Shown: positions 1 through 9,181 of the stretch, in pieces
How the letters are laid out: each line of letters begins with the position of its first letter
How positions within the stretch are numbered: the stretch's first letter is position 1
Assembly: GCA_965208835.1 (NCBI GenBank)
Contig: OZ242358.1
Coordinates: 3,296,001-3,360,000, forward strand
Direction: 5' to 3'
Origin: Candidatus Latescibacterota bacterium
GTDB taxonomy: Bacteria > Latescibacterota > UBA2968 > GCA-2709665
DNA: 64,000 nucleotides
The notes under the pieces: generated by a model
The model's database searches: none
Seen by the model: the letters and a program-made list of their open reading frames with translations, nothing else
Told to the model about the DNA's origin: nothing
Program-made: the position numbers and the translations under genes

Positions 1-7
1 GATGCAA

Positions 8-145
8 GATGCGTTCATGTTTGATAATGCCGCTTGCATTCGAAAATGCGTTGAAATCCCCCCACCGCATCAGCCGTCGCCGGCCCTTCGACAGGCTCAG
101 GGAACGGCTCGACTTCTGCGACTACCCCTCAAGGGGGGAGTGATT
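8..145 (+). repeat. Palindromic repeat (ATCCCCCCACCG...CCCCTCAAGGGGGGAGTGAT family), copy 1, with a 23-nt unit at 84-106
   Basis: Both flanks align with 7909-8222. Confidence 0.8.
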
Positions 146-182
146 TGATCACTAAGCTGGCGCTCGCATTCCCTGTCACCTA

Positions 183-218
183 TCTGGTTGCGGCTGAGCA
201 GAGCGAAGCCGCGCCAGG
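183..218 (+). repeat. Short palindromic element end (TCTGGTTGCGGC...GCCGCGCCAGG)
   Basis: GCGGCT/AGCCGC inverted repeat just downstream of the PD40 gene. Confidence 0.45.
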
Positions 219-235
219 CGCAGAACACCGAACAC

Positions 236-1048
236 TCACGCCTCGATCACTGGTCCCCAATCCGGAGCGAAATCGTTGGCCTGACTGTTGGATATGTTGA
301 TCAGGTTCCCGCCGTCGAAATCGACCCGGTAAATCTGTTGGCGGCCGTCCTCTTTGGCTGTAAAGACGATTCGCTCGCCGGTCGGAGACCACGAAATCTC
401 GCCAACGCCACCTTCAAGATTCGTGAGGCGTCTGGGATCGGACCCGTCTGCATTCATCACGTAGACCTGCGTGTCACCGTCGCGGTCCGATTTGAAGGCA
501 ATCCACCTGCCGTCCGGCGACCATGCAGGACCGTCGTCGTCGCTCTGCGAAACGTGCAGCCGCCGCTGGCCGCTGCCGTCGGGGTCCATGACGTATATCT
601 GCGACTTTCCATCGCGGTCCGTCGTGAACGCAATCTGAAAGCCGTCGGGAGAGTAAGTCGACTCGAGTTCGCGCGCCGGACGATCGGTCAGGTTTCGCTG
701 GTTGGAGCCGTCGCGGTTCATCGCGTAGATCTCCACGTTGTCGTCTCGATCGGTGGTAAAGATGATCGTCTGCCCATCCGGCGACCAGTGCGGACGTAGA
801 TCCGGAGCTGAATTACGGGTCAGTCGTCTCGGTCGGCTTCCGTCTGCATCGATCAAATAGATTTCTCCTTTGCCGTGACGGCGGTCGCAGTACGCGATGC
901 AGTCTCCGTCGGGCGACCATCGCGGATGATCTTCCTCCCACCCGTCGGTACGGGTAATGTTCGTCTGATCGCTTCCGTCCGGGTTCATTACGAAGAGATC
1001 GAAGGTCCCATCCCGATCGCTGACGAACGCGATCTTCGAAGCTTTCAC
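236..1048 (-). CDS. TolB-like PD40 (WD40-like) beta-propeller protein
   Basis: Repeated P.WSPDG..I.F.SDRDG...IY.M..DGS motifs. Confidence 0.9.
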   Translation of the reverse strand: MKASKIAFVSDRDGTFDLFVMNPDGSDQTNITRTDGWEEDHPRWSPDGDCIAYCDRRHGKGEIYLIDADGSRPRRLTRNSAPDLRPHWSPDGQTIIFTTDRDDNVEIYAMNRDGSNQRNLTDRPARELESTYSPDGFQIAFTTDRDGKSQIYVMDPDGSGQRRLHVSQSDDDGPAWSPDGRWIAFKSDRDGDTQVYVMNADGSDPRRLTNLEGGVGEISWSPTGERIVFTAKEDGRQQIYRVDFDGGNLINISNSQANDFAPDWGPVIEA

Positions 1049-1202
1049 AGGTGTACTCTCTCAGACGGTTGGTGTCAAATTGGGGCCCGGAAAACGTCCG
1101 GTTCGGCCCGGGAGCGAGGGCAGACTGTCTTCGGTCGCACGGCGCCCGTGGCCGATTTGGAATAATTCGGAAACGACGATTGTGGACAGGTGTGAACGGA
1201 GC

Positions 1203-1883
1203 TTATGCCTCGTGTTTCCTCAGCACGAGAAGCTCATCTTCCGTCGAAGCTTCGAGCGTAAAATTGAAACGGTTGACATCCACGCACATGTCGACGTCTC
1301 GTGGATTTATGCCCGGGTAGCCCTCTGCTGCTGCCTGACGGATATCGATCGCCGCCCTGGATTCGGATGCTCTGCGAAGGTACGGGGCCGGATCGGTTCC
1401 GGGATCTCGAATAAGTGCATCGATATATTCGGCGCAGGAGAGATCCTCTTCAGCCGTTCCGTCCTCGCCAGTTACCACATAGGTCAATTCATCGGGCACC
1501 AGATTGCGTAATCTCCGGGCGACTGCCGATGCGCAGACGAAGCCCGTGCAGATCAATGGCCTGCAGTGGCGGACGGCAACGGCGCCGATCGTTCCGGCGG
1601 TTGTCCGCTGCACGATGGTCTTGCCAAGGATATCCGCTCCCTGAAGGTCGGCGGGCGAATTGTACAGATCGAAACCCTCAGCCGGCGCGCCGTCCTTCAA
1701 TGCCAGAGATCCTGGAAATCGCGACTTGAGTTCAATGGCTTCTTCGAGCTCCTTGACCAGAATCATACGAGCGGCGCCAAGATGCAAGGCCCAGGCGGCG
1801 ACGGTATACGCCCGCATCACGTCGATGACAACCGCGGCACCCGAGACCGAGTCACACTCACCGATTCCTACAAACCTTGCCAT
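1203..1883 (-). CDS. 2-phosphosulfolactate phosphatase (ComB family)
   Basis: VVIDVMRA, NSP, TTAGT, EDLSCA motifs. Confidence 0.85.
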   Translation of the reverse strand: MARFVGIGECDSVSGAAVVIDVMRAYTVAAWALHLGAARMILVKELEEAIELKSRFPGSLALKDGAPAEGFDLYNSPADLQGADILGKTIVQRTTAGTIGAVAVRHCRPLICTGFVCASAVARRLRNLVPDELTYVVTGEDGTAEEDLSCAEYIDALIRDPGTDPAPYLRRASESRAAIDIRQAAAEGYPGINPRDVDMCVDVNRFNFTLEASTEDELLVLRKHEA

Positions 1884-1895
1884 GAAATAGTCCCT

Positions 1896-2717
1896 TCAAT
1901 GAACGCGTTCCGGATATGGATTCTCGGGAAGTCTAACTCCCCCTACCCAGGCTACATGGTGTGTGGTCTCGATTTCACCGGATGATGTCGTGTTGCGTTC
2001 AGCGAACAGTTTCAGGCGAGGGTCATCACAACTCGGAAGGGTTCCTCCGGCCCATGCCCAGATGGAACATTGGAACTGCAGCCATTCGTAGACATCCGGA
2101 TAGATTCTCTTTTCGACGACGTCGGCTGCAAGACGAATCCCTACACCGCTCCTCTCCATAGAGACCCGCATCTGGTCCTGAACCGTGATCGTCTGAGACA
2201 GCCGTGTGCTATTTCCAAAGACTTCCTTCACCTCTTGATGGTGCAGCTCCCCTATCAGTTCACAGAAGATGAAACCGCCCGGCTTCAGGACACGCAATGC
2301 AGCATTAACACCGAAGCTGTCATACCCGATGGGCGCGCGTTCGGAGTAGACGAAGTCGAAGGACTCGGGCTCCAGGACACGACCATCCGCGAGAAAATCG
2401 AGACGCTTGAACTCTACGTTTTGTACTTGTCTCGCTGCCCGGTCTTTTTCAGCCAGTTCGACGTGGCTGGGGTCGTTGTCGACCCCGAGCGCCGAGCCAA
2501 GGCGATCCGCATTCAGCAGAAGCGTCACACCGTTACCGCAACCGATGTCCAGCACCCGCATCTCCCGGCGAAACCGCGAAGCGATAACCTCGCTGGTCCG
2601 GGGCGCAATATGTCCGTCGGTGCGGTACTTCGCCGGCTTCGAGCCGTAGAAGGAGTGTTCCTGATTCAGGATCGACTTCAGACGGTCCCGGTCAAATTCC
2701 ACAGATCGAATCTCCAA
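1896..2717 (-). CDS. Class I SAM-dependent methyltransferase
   Basis: VLDIGCGNG, FDFVYS, LRVLKPGG. Confidence 0.9.
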   Translation of the reverse strand: MEIRSVEFDRDRLKSILNQEHSFYGSKPAKYRTDGHIAPRTSEVIASRFRREMRVLDIGCGNGVTLLLNADRLGSALGVDNDPSHVELAEKDRAARQVQNVEFKRLDFLADGRVLEPESFDFVYSERAPIGYDSFGVNAALRVLKPGGFIFCELIGELHHQEVKEVFGNSTRLSQTITVQDQMRVSMERSGVGIRLAADVVEKRIYPDVYEWLQFQCSIWAWAGGTLPSCDDPRLKLFAERNTTSSGEIETTHHVAWVGGVRLPENPYPERVH

Positions 2718-2780
2718 TCGTTCGTCGCGGAACTGAAGTCGCGAAAGGGATCAGACGTTTGTCGCGTCAAAAAGACCTAA

Positions 2781-3446
2781 CTATGACGGTTCGTTTCGAA
2801 TAGAGAAGAAATACGGATGCGCTTCTTTCTGTCCATCATCGGCCGCAATCCCGCCTCCAACGATACCTTCCTGTTCAATCTCAAACCCGGTTTCAGCGAG
2901 AATCTTCCTGTACGTTCCGGGCCCAAAGTTGCTCCAATACATGGTTTCGCCGAGGAAGTCATCCTCAGTGTATCCGGGCCCGTCATCTTTCGGTGCAACC
3001 GTAAACAGAAGGAGTCCGCCCGGCCTGAGCCATCGCGCGAACCGCCGAAAGAGTTCTCGATGCTCCTGTCTCGGAATATGGAAGATCGCGTAGTAGCTGA
3101 CAATTGCATCGAAGCAGGCCGCGGGGAATCCGGTTTCCAGAACGTCGGCGCGGATGAACGTGGCTGAAGGGACATTTTTTCTCGCCATACCGATCATGCT
3201 CGATGAGATATCGACCCCGGTAACTTCCAATTTATCAGCCAGTTGACGCGATACGGGAATGCCCGCGCCGCACCCGACGTCAAGGACTCCGGAGCCCGGC
3301 GCAAGGCGTTCTTCGATCAGATTGAGTTCCACACCGGCCGCGGGACTTCGCTGGTTCGCATAGTCCATCGCGCATCGGTCGTAGGCCGCCCTGACAAACG
3401 CTCGATAATCGGTTTCGGGATCGTTTGCAATCTTTAATGACATCAC
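2781..3446 (-). CDS. Class I SAM-dependent methyltransferase
   Basis: VLDVGCGAG, FDAIVSYYAIFH, WLRPGG. Confidence 0.9.
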   Translation of the reverse strand: MMSLKIANDPETDYRAFVRAAYDRCAMDYANQRSPAAGVELNLIEERLAPGSGVLDVGCGAGIPVSRQLADKLEVTGVDISSSMIGMARKNVPSATFIRADVLETGFPAACFDAIVSYYAIFHIPRQEHRELFRRFARWLRPGGLLLFTVAPKDDGPGYTEDDFLGETMYWSNFGPGTYRKILAETGFEIEQEGIVGGGIAADDGQKEAHPYFFSIRNEPS

Positions 3447-3950
3447 ACCTGCCCAAAAACGGATTTGATTAACTGCGAAAAGACGAATAGACGAGAATAC
3501 GAAACGGCGAAAAGGCGAAACTACGAATTACACGAATAAATGCGAATAACACCAGAAAACGAAAGACGAAACGGCGAATAGACTAAAAACCAGAAAAAAG
3601 GCTGAAAGACAAAAGCATAACTACGAATGGCGCGAATTTACACGAAAAAGACGGTGGTGATAGTCGTCCGCAGCCATTGGCGAAACGAGTCGGTCCTGCC
3701 TTCGCGAAGACTGTCATCCTGAGGACTTGCCCTGCTTGTGCTGAGCCTGTCGAAGCAAGCCTGCGGTCCCTGAGCTTGGCGAAGGGTCGAAGGGGCCCCC
3801 AGGCCAACGAAGGATCTACTGCAGCATCGGATCATTCACGTGGGATTTTCACGTGTCGATACCTGAGAGGCAGCACGTCCGCCCGCAGCACGGGACGGAG
3901 GCGGCGAGAGATTTTTCGACATCTCTCAGAATGACATGCGTTGCAACAAA
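3447..3950 (+). repeat. Composite repeat island: CGAA-rich tract, TGTCATCCTGAG...CTCAGAATGACA REP doublet and nested 23-nt units
   Basis: Blocks align with 58658-59242; inverted termini at ~3712 and ~3936. Confidence 0.8.
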
Positions 3951-4029
3951 CACCGACTGATGACCACCCGGTTTTCGTCATCCGGGTCGGACCTGTACAA
4001 AATCGCCAATTGAAGCCGCTTTTCGAGCC

Positions 4030-4226
4030 TAACCTTGATTCGCAAGTCATCGGGGACGTTAATTCGAATATGTGCTTGTAAATAAAGGCGATTAAACAGC
4101 GGATTACCAGGATACACCAGGTCACTGGACGTGAACGGAAAAAACGTCATTCTATACGTCGATATTGCCCCGTTTCGGAGGGTTCTATCGCGTCGCCGCG
4201 TTGCTGTTTTCTTCGGATTGAGGCTA
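4030..4226 (-). mobile_element. 197-bp MITE, copy 1
   Basis: Imperfect TIRs TAACCTTGATT / ATTGAGGCTA; reverse complement aligns full length with 35942-36138. Confidence 0.8.
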
Positions 4227-4265
4227 ATCTCTGAAAATCCGAAGGTTCCTGGACACCAGTCTCCA

Positions 4266-6635
4266 TTACTCTTCACGAATGGCGTCTACGGGATTCAGCC
4301 TGGCCGCCCGAAGGGTTTGTCCGGCGACAATAAACATAACGATCGATAGAGAAAGCAACGTCGAATAAACAAACACATCCGCACCCATCTGAACTCGATA
4401 GGAGAAATCCAGAAGCCATAGGGACATCACATAATATGCGACAGGCCACGCCAGGAAACCGGCCACGAGACCCATGGGTGCGAACTTTCTCAATTGCATC
4501 GCCACAACCCGCCATTTCGATGCCCCCAGAACTCGACGAATGCCAATCTGTTTCTTGTCCCGTTCAACCGTCGATTTGACGAATCCCGCCAGACCGATTC
4601 CGGCCAACATCAGCGTGATGGAAACGCAAATGCCGACGATTTTCTTTAACGCGTGTTCTTCCGAGTACAATCGTTCGAACCGATCTGTCAGGAATCCGCT
4701 ATTCGACGGGAATGCCGTCCGGGGCGCAACTCGTGACCATGTCTGATGAATCCAGTCTACTGCATCGTCTGTACGTTCCGGATGGATTCTTGCCAGAATG
4801 GGGGCGCTACTTTCAACGAGGAAGATGCCAAGTGGTTCGACCGGATTTTGCTGTGACATGAAATGAAAATCCTCGACCACCCCCACAACGGTTCGACGTT
4901 TCCTCCACCAGGTGATTTCCTCCCCGATCGGCGAGTTCAATCCCAGCAGCCTTACCGCAGTTTCATTGAGAAGGCACGTGCGTTGATAATCATCCTGGAT
5001 CGAGAAATCTCTTCCTTGTTTGATTTCAATGCCCAGGGTCTCCAGGTAGCGACGACTCGCCGGGAGACTCCGGATGGATATATTGCCAGTAACTGAACGA
5101 CCTCGCGCCGTGTAGCTTTGCAGATTCCCTCCCGGGATGCCGCCGGATGCAACATCGAGAATGGATGGCGATCGTTTCAACTCCCGCTCAATCGTCAACC
5201 GTTGAGAAGCCGACAACCCCGGAGTCGAAAAATAGAAGACCTGTTCGGGCGACAGACCCAGTTTCTTCTTGTCGACGTGGTCCAGCTGCAAGTATACGAT
5301 TGAAGCAACAATCAGCAGAAGTGTGGAAATCCCAACCTGAAACAGGAACAGCACATTCCGCAACCACGCTGCCGTTCTGAATGCCAATCTGCCTTCCACG
5401 ATATTTGCGGGCTGTGCCCTGTGCAGCCAGAGAGCTGGAGACGTCCCAACTCCAACGAACAGAAGGAGGAGAAGCACGAAGCATGCTGCGATCACGCCGG
5501 CAACCTGTTCAAACTCGTAAGCCTGGACCGTGAGCGTGACGCGATTCAACCAGGGCAGACACAAAGTCGCGATCGTGACAGAAGCCAGCAGCACTATTGT
5601 GACGATCAAGAGAGAATCTGCCGCTATCTGAAAAACCGGTTCGGATCGCCTTGCCCCAAAAACCCTTCTGGCTCCAATTTCCCTCGAGCGGTCCAGAAAT
5701 CGGGCCGTGTTGAAATTCACAACATTGGTACAGACACCGGCCAAAATGAAAATTGCCAGGACTGCAGGGACGTAGATATAGACGGATCGGCTGAGACTCA
5801 CGTTGGCCGAAAACTGTTGATTCTGCGATGGGTCAAGATGGATATCCGTCAATGGCTGGAGAGAGAGCTGAAAGCGTTTGGCATCTCGATTTCCGAAGAA
5901 TCCCCGAATGAATTCGCGTTCCTGCGCAGCGAAGTCACTGGAGGTATCGCCTTCATCAAGCAGCACGTACGTGCAAACGGACATCCAGCGTTTGGAATTA
6001 AAATAGGTCGGGAGATGATTGGTAACACTGTCAATTGAGAACAGATAGTCAAAGGAAATGTGCGAATTGCGGGGAACGTCCTTCAGGACACCGGTTACCG
6101 TCAAGAAATACGATTTGCCCTTGAATTCCCCCGCTTTGATGACCCTTTCCAGTGGATCTTGATTCCCAAACAGCTCTCTCGACAGGGATTCTGTAATTAC
6201 AATTGAAAAGGGCCTTGCGAGCGCAGTCCGTGCGTCTCCCTTGACCAGTGGAAAGGTGAATATATCAAATACGCTGGCATCGACACTGTAACCCGACGCG
6301 CGGATATTGCGGTCCTGGAACTCGACCACTCTGTTAAAGCGGAAAAACCGGACGTAGTCATGGACAAAGGGATATTCTTCAGTCAGACGCGGTCCCATGA
6401 ACCACGCGGACTGATGCCAGATGCGTTCACCGTTATCGAATTTCTGACGCACTGACAGACGGAATATCCTCTCGACATTCTTGTGAAACCTGTCATAGCT
6501 GAGTTCATTCTGTACGTAGACTGCAATCAATAGTACGGCAGCGATACCAATGGCCAGGCTCGAGATGTTTATGGTTGATGCGACCTTGTGTCTTTTCAGG
6601 TTTCGCCACGAAACGATGAGGTGCGATTTCAACAT
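4266..6635 (-). CDS. ABC transporter permease, duplicated MacB/FtsX type
   Basis: ELSYDRFH, LQPLTDIHL, REIGARRVFGA, GIRRVLGAS, NPVDAIREE. Confidence 0.92.
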   Translation of the reverse strand: MLKSHLIVSWRNLKRHKVASTINISSLAIGIAAVLLIAVYVQNELSYDRFHKNVERIFRLSVRQKFDNGERIWHQSAWFMGPRLTEEYPFVHDYVRFFRFNRVVEFQDRNIRASGYSVDASVFDIFTFPLVKGDARTALARPFSIVITESLSRELFGNQDPLERVIKAGEFKGKSYFLTVTGVLKDVPRNSHISFDYLFSIDSVTNHLPTYFNSKRWMSVCTYVLLDEGDTSSDFAAQEREFIRGFFGNRDAKRFQLSLQPLTDIHLDPSQNQQFSANVSLSRSVYIYVPAVLAIFILAGVCTNVVNFNTARFLDRSREIGARRVFGARRSEPVFQIAADSLLIVTIVLLASVTIATLCLPWLNRVTLTVQAYEFEQVAGVIAACFVLLLLLFVGVGTSPALWLHRAQPANIVEGRLAFRTAAWLRNVLFLFQVGISTLLLIVASIVYLQLDHVDKKKLGLSPEQVFYFSTPGLSASQRLTIERELKRSPSILDVASGGIPGGNLQSYTARGRSVTGNISIRSLPASRRYLETLGIEIKQGRDFSIQDDYQRTCLLNETAVRLLGLNSPIGEEITWWRKRRTVVGVVEDFHFMSQQNPVEPLGIFLVESSAPILARIHPERTDDAVDWIHQTWSRVAPRTAFPSNSGFLTDRFERLYSEEHALKKIVGICVSITLMLAGIGLAGFVKSTVERDKKQIGIRRVLGASKWRVVAMQLRKFAPMGLVAGFLAWPVAYYVMSLWLLDFSYRVQMGADVFVYSTLLSLSIVMFIVAGQTLRAARLNPVDAIREE

Positions 6636-6738
6636 TCAGTTGCTCATCCTGAAAGACAACTCCAGCGTTTCTTACTCGCCGGATATCTTAGTCACATAGC
6701 GAGTCGGAATTTCGGCGCTGTGTTCCACGGAGTGAGTA

Positions 6739-7107
6739 CTACCCGTTCTTGTCCTGCGCGATACACAGACTGTTACCGTCGGGATCCTCGAAGCTGAACT
6801 CGATATTGCCCCAGCTCTGGTCCCAGAGCTTTCCAACCGCAATACCCGCCTGCCCATACTCCTCGTAGACGGCCGCCGCGTCCTCGACATAGATCTGAAC
6901 CGTACGCTTCCCGGGCGGACCGTCGCCGGGAAACGAGGAGACGACAATGTGGGCCGAATCCCGGACGACACCCATGTAGCACGGGTCCCGCTTTGTCGGG
7001 TCGGGCCGCCACGCGTACACCCGGCGAAACCCGAGCTTTCCGCAGTAGAACTCCTCCGCAGCCACCGAACTCGATATGCCCAGAATTGGTACCGCCTCTT
7101 TGAACAT
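6739..7107 (-). CDS. VOC/glyoxalase/bleomycin-resistance family protein
   Basis: AVPIL...FYCGKLGF...WGNIEFSFEDPDGN; start moved to MFKEAV. Confidence 0.85.
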   Translation of the reverse strand: MFKEAVPILGISSSVAAEEFYCGKLGFRRVYAWRPDPTKRDPCYMGVVRDSAHIVVSSFPGDGPPGKRTVQIYVEDAAAVYEEYGQAGIAVGKLWDQSWGNIEFSFEDPDGNSLCIAQDKNG

Positions 7108-7254
7108 TTCATCGGCTCCATTCGATCTAACGATCACCCTGTCAAAAAGGTACGGAATTACGAACCCGAGCGATCCGTCGGTGGTCCGAGGTCGCGCGAT
7201 AAGGATCATGCTCGCACCGCCCATCCGCGGTCTCTATGAACCTTCCTGTCACGA

Positions 7255-7749
7255 TCAGTCCGACTCCTCGACGGCCAGAGACCGGACCGTCACGGTCGAA
7301 CCCCACCCCGGCCCGATGCAAACGGGACCCGCCAGACCCCGATAATCGATCCGGTGAAACTCATCTCCGCTATCTCCCTGGTTCGTAAACCTGAGTTCAT
7401 CGTCGACAAGAATCCGCATGAAATCCCTTTCGATCACCCAGGATACCTTGACCCAGGTATCCTGGGGAATCCGTCCCTGCCCCCTCACGTGGAACGGATG
7501 ACCATACACCGGTTCGTAGCAGGCCAACTGATCGGGTACGGCTTCCCAGTTCAATATAACGTGCCCCTTCGCGAAATGGAGACGCAGGTTTGTCGAATCC
7601 GTCTTCGCCTCCGCTTCGATCGTCAGCGGTACCTCGTATGCCCCGCGGGTCCGGACGTAGCCATATCCCGATAGAACAAGATGCTCACTGTCGCATTTTG
7701 CGACACATTGGCTGACCGGCAGCATATCGGAGAGTCGGATCACTTCCAT
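7255..7749 (-). CDS. Hypothetical protein, possible beta-sandwich domain
   Basis: 164-aa ORF with AAGGA RBS, co-oriented. Confidence 0.65.
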   Translation of the reverse strand: MEVIRLSDMLPVSQCVAKCDSEHLVLSGYGYVRTRGAYEVPLTIEAEAKTDSTNLRLHFAKGHVILNWEAVPDQLACYEPVYGHPFHVRGQGRIPQDTWVKVSWVIERDFMRILVDDELRFTNQGDSGDEFHRIDYRGLAGPVCIGPGWGSTVTVRSLAVEESD

Positions 7750-7908
7750 CGAATGTTCCTTTAAATCTGACCAGCCCCTGGTGCGCGACCACTGATTCCA
7801 TCAACTCGATCCACAGTGGCACGGATCACAATGCCCTATTACGCTGGCACGAGGGACCGGTAGAAGAATTCCCGATTATTCGATTCTTACAACAAGATAT
7901 CTACGCGA

Positions 7909-8222
7909 GATGCGTGCGTGTTTGGTCATGCCGCTTGCATTCGGTAATGTGTTGAAATCCCCCCACCGAATCAGCCGTCGCCGTCCCCTTCGACATTTCG
8001 ACAGGCTCAATGCAAGCAGGCTCAGCGACAACAGATTCAGGGCAGGTAATGGGTCTCCTGACAACCGCTTAATGACATCCAATGAACTGAATAATGCGTG
8101 GTCATTGAGCTTGTCGAAATGCCCGCCACTTAACAGCCCTTCGACAGGCTCAGGGCAACGCCTTCGTCTAGCATGGGAACCGGCTCGGCTTCTGCGACTC
8201 CCCCTCAAGGGGGGAGTGATTG
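7909..8222 (+). repeat. Palindromic repeat copy 2, expanded by several 23-nt units
   Basis: Aligns with 8-145; units at 7986-8031 (nested), 8099-8121, 8137-8159. Confidence 0.8.
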
Positions 8223-8317
8223 AACCGTTAAACGATCTCGCGTGTTCACTTCCACATACGTCGAGCGAGGCGGCTCCCTTAAACGAGCCAGACACTGGCA
8301 TATCATCTCCCCCTTGT

Positions 8318-9100
8318 TCAGGCTTTCCGGAGGATCACGTAGACATTTCCAAGTTCCCCGATCAGTTCCTCATCGTCTTCCAACGCTTCGAAATTCTCCC
8401 CGAATATTGCAGCGACTTCGAAACTGCCTGATCTGCGAGCCAACTCCTCAAGATCGGAGAAAAGCCAGAGCCTCAACGTATGACGTTCCTCGAAGCGATC
8501 TGTCTCTGCGTTCTGTTCGACCTCGAACGTACAAACCTGGTGACTCAATTTTGTTTCACTGTCTTCGTTCAGGATTCTCCACGACGTACTCACACGGATG
8601 CCGCCGCGTTCCAGCGCCCAGAAATCACCGGCCGGAAGTTCGCCTTTGTGAGCGAAGTTTAGATGGAGAACATAGACACCATTTTCACGGAGTGATGAAC
8701 CGGTCGCTCTCAGATGCGAGACGACTTCGTCATCCGAATGGAGGTATCCGATGCTGTTGATCGAATTCACCGCGGCATCGAATTCGCCCGGTATTTCAGC
8801 GGATGCCATTTCGGCCTGCATCACTCGGGCGTTCTTCCCATCCATTGCAATTGAGTCCCTTGCAAATTGTACCATGACGGCCCTGTCGTCATAGCCTGTG
8901 ACCTGAAACCCGGAGCCAGCCAGCGCTCGCACCATTCGCCCCGTTCCACAGGCCGGTTCGAGAATATGTTTCACCGGGATGCGATTCAAAGACGCGTTTG
9001 AAGAAGCGTATCTCGTCAGAGAGATCCCATGAGAAGGCAATGTCATAGATCTCCGGATGGCTGTAGAGTTCGAACGTGTCTCTCTCTTTGTGCGTGATCA
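8318..9100 (-). pseudogene. SAM-dependent methyltransferase, frameshifted near 8980
   Basis: N-terminus LYSHPEIYDIAFSWDLSDEIRFFKRVFESH is in a different frame from PVKHILEPACGTGR. Confidence 0.75.
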
Positions 9101-9181
9101 GTTTTTGCCACCTTTCACTCGACGTTTTCTACTGCAACAAAACCCGTGCCAGCAAACTGCACCGCGCAGGGATCACAACAA

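Noticed and set aside
188-799. Long plus-strand ORFs antisense to real genes (also 12481-13296, 25031-25999, 46546-47907, 61041-62216)
   Set aside because: Shadow frames of GC-rich minus-strand genes, with no recognisable motifs.
3475-3810. Possible CRISPR array
   Set aside because: No constant repeat-spacer period and no cas genes.
3583-4349. Short ORFs with similar peptides recurring near 7876-8431, 15028-15495, 35883-36179 and 58629-59530
   Set aside because: They are translations of REP and MITE repeats, not a protein family.
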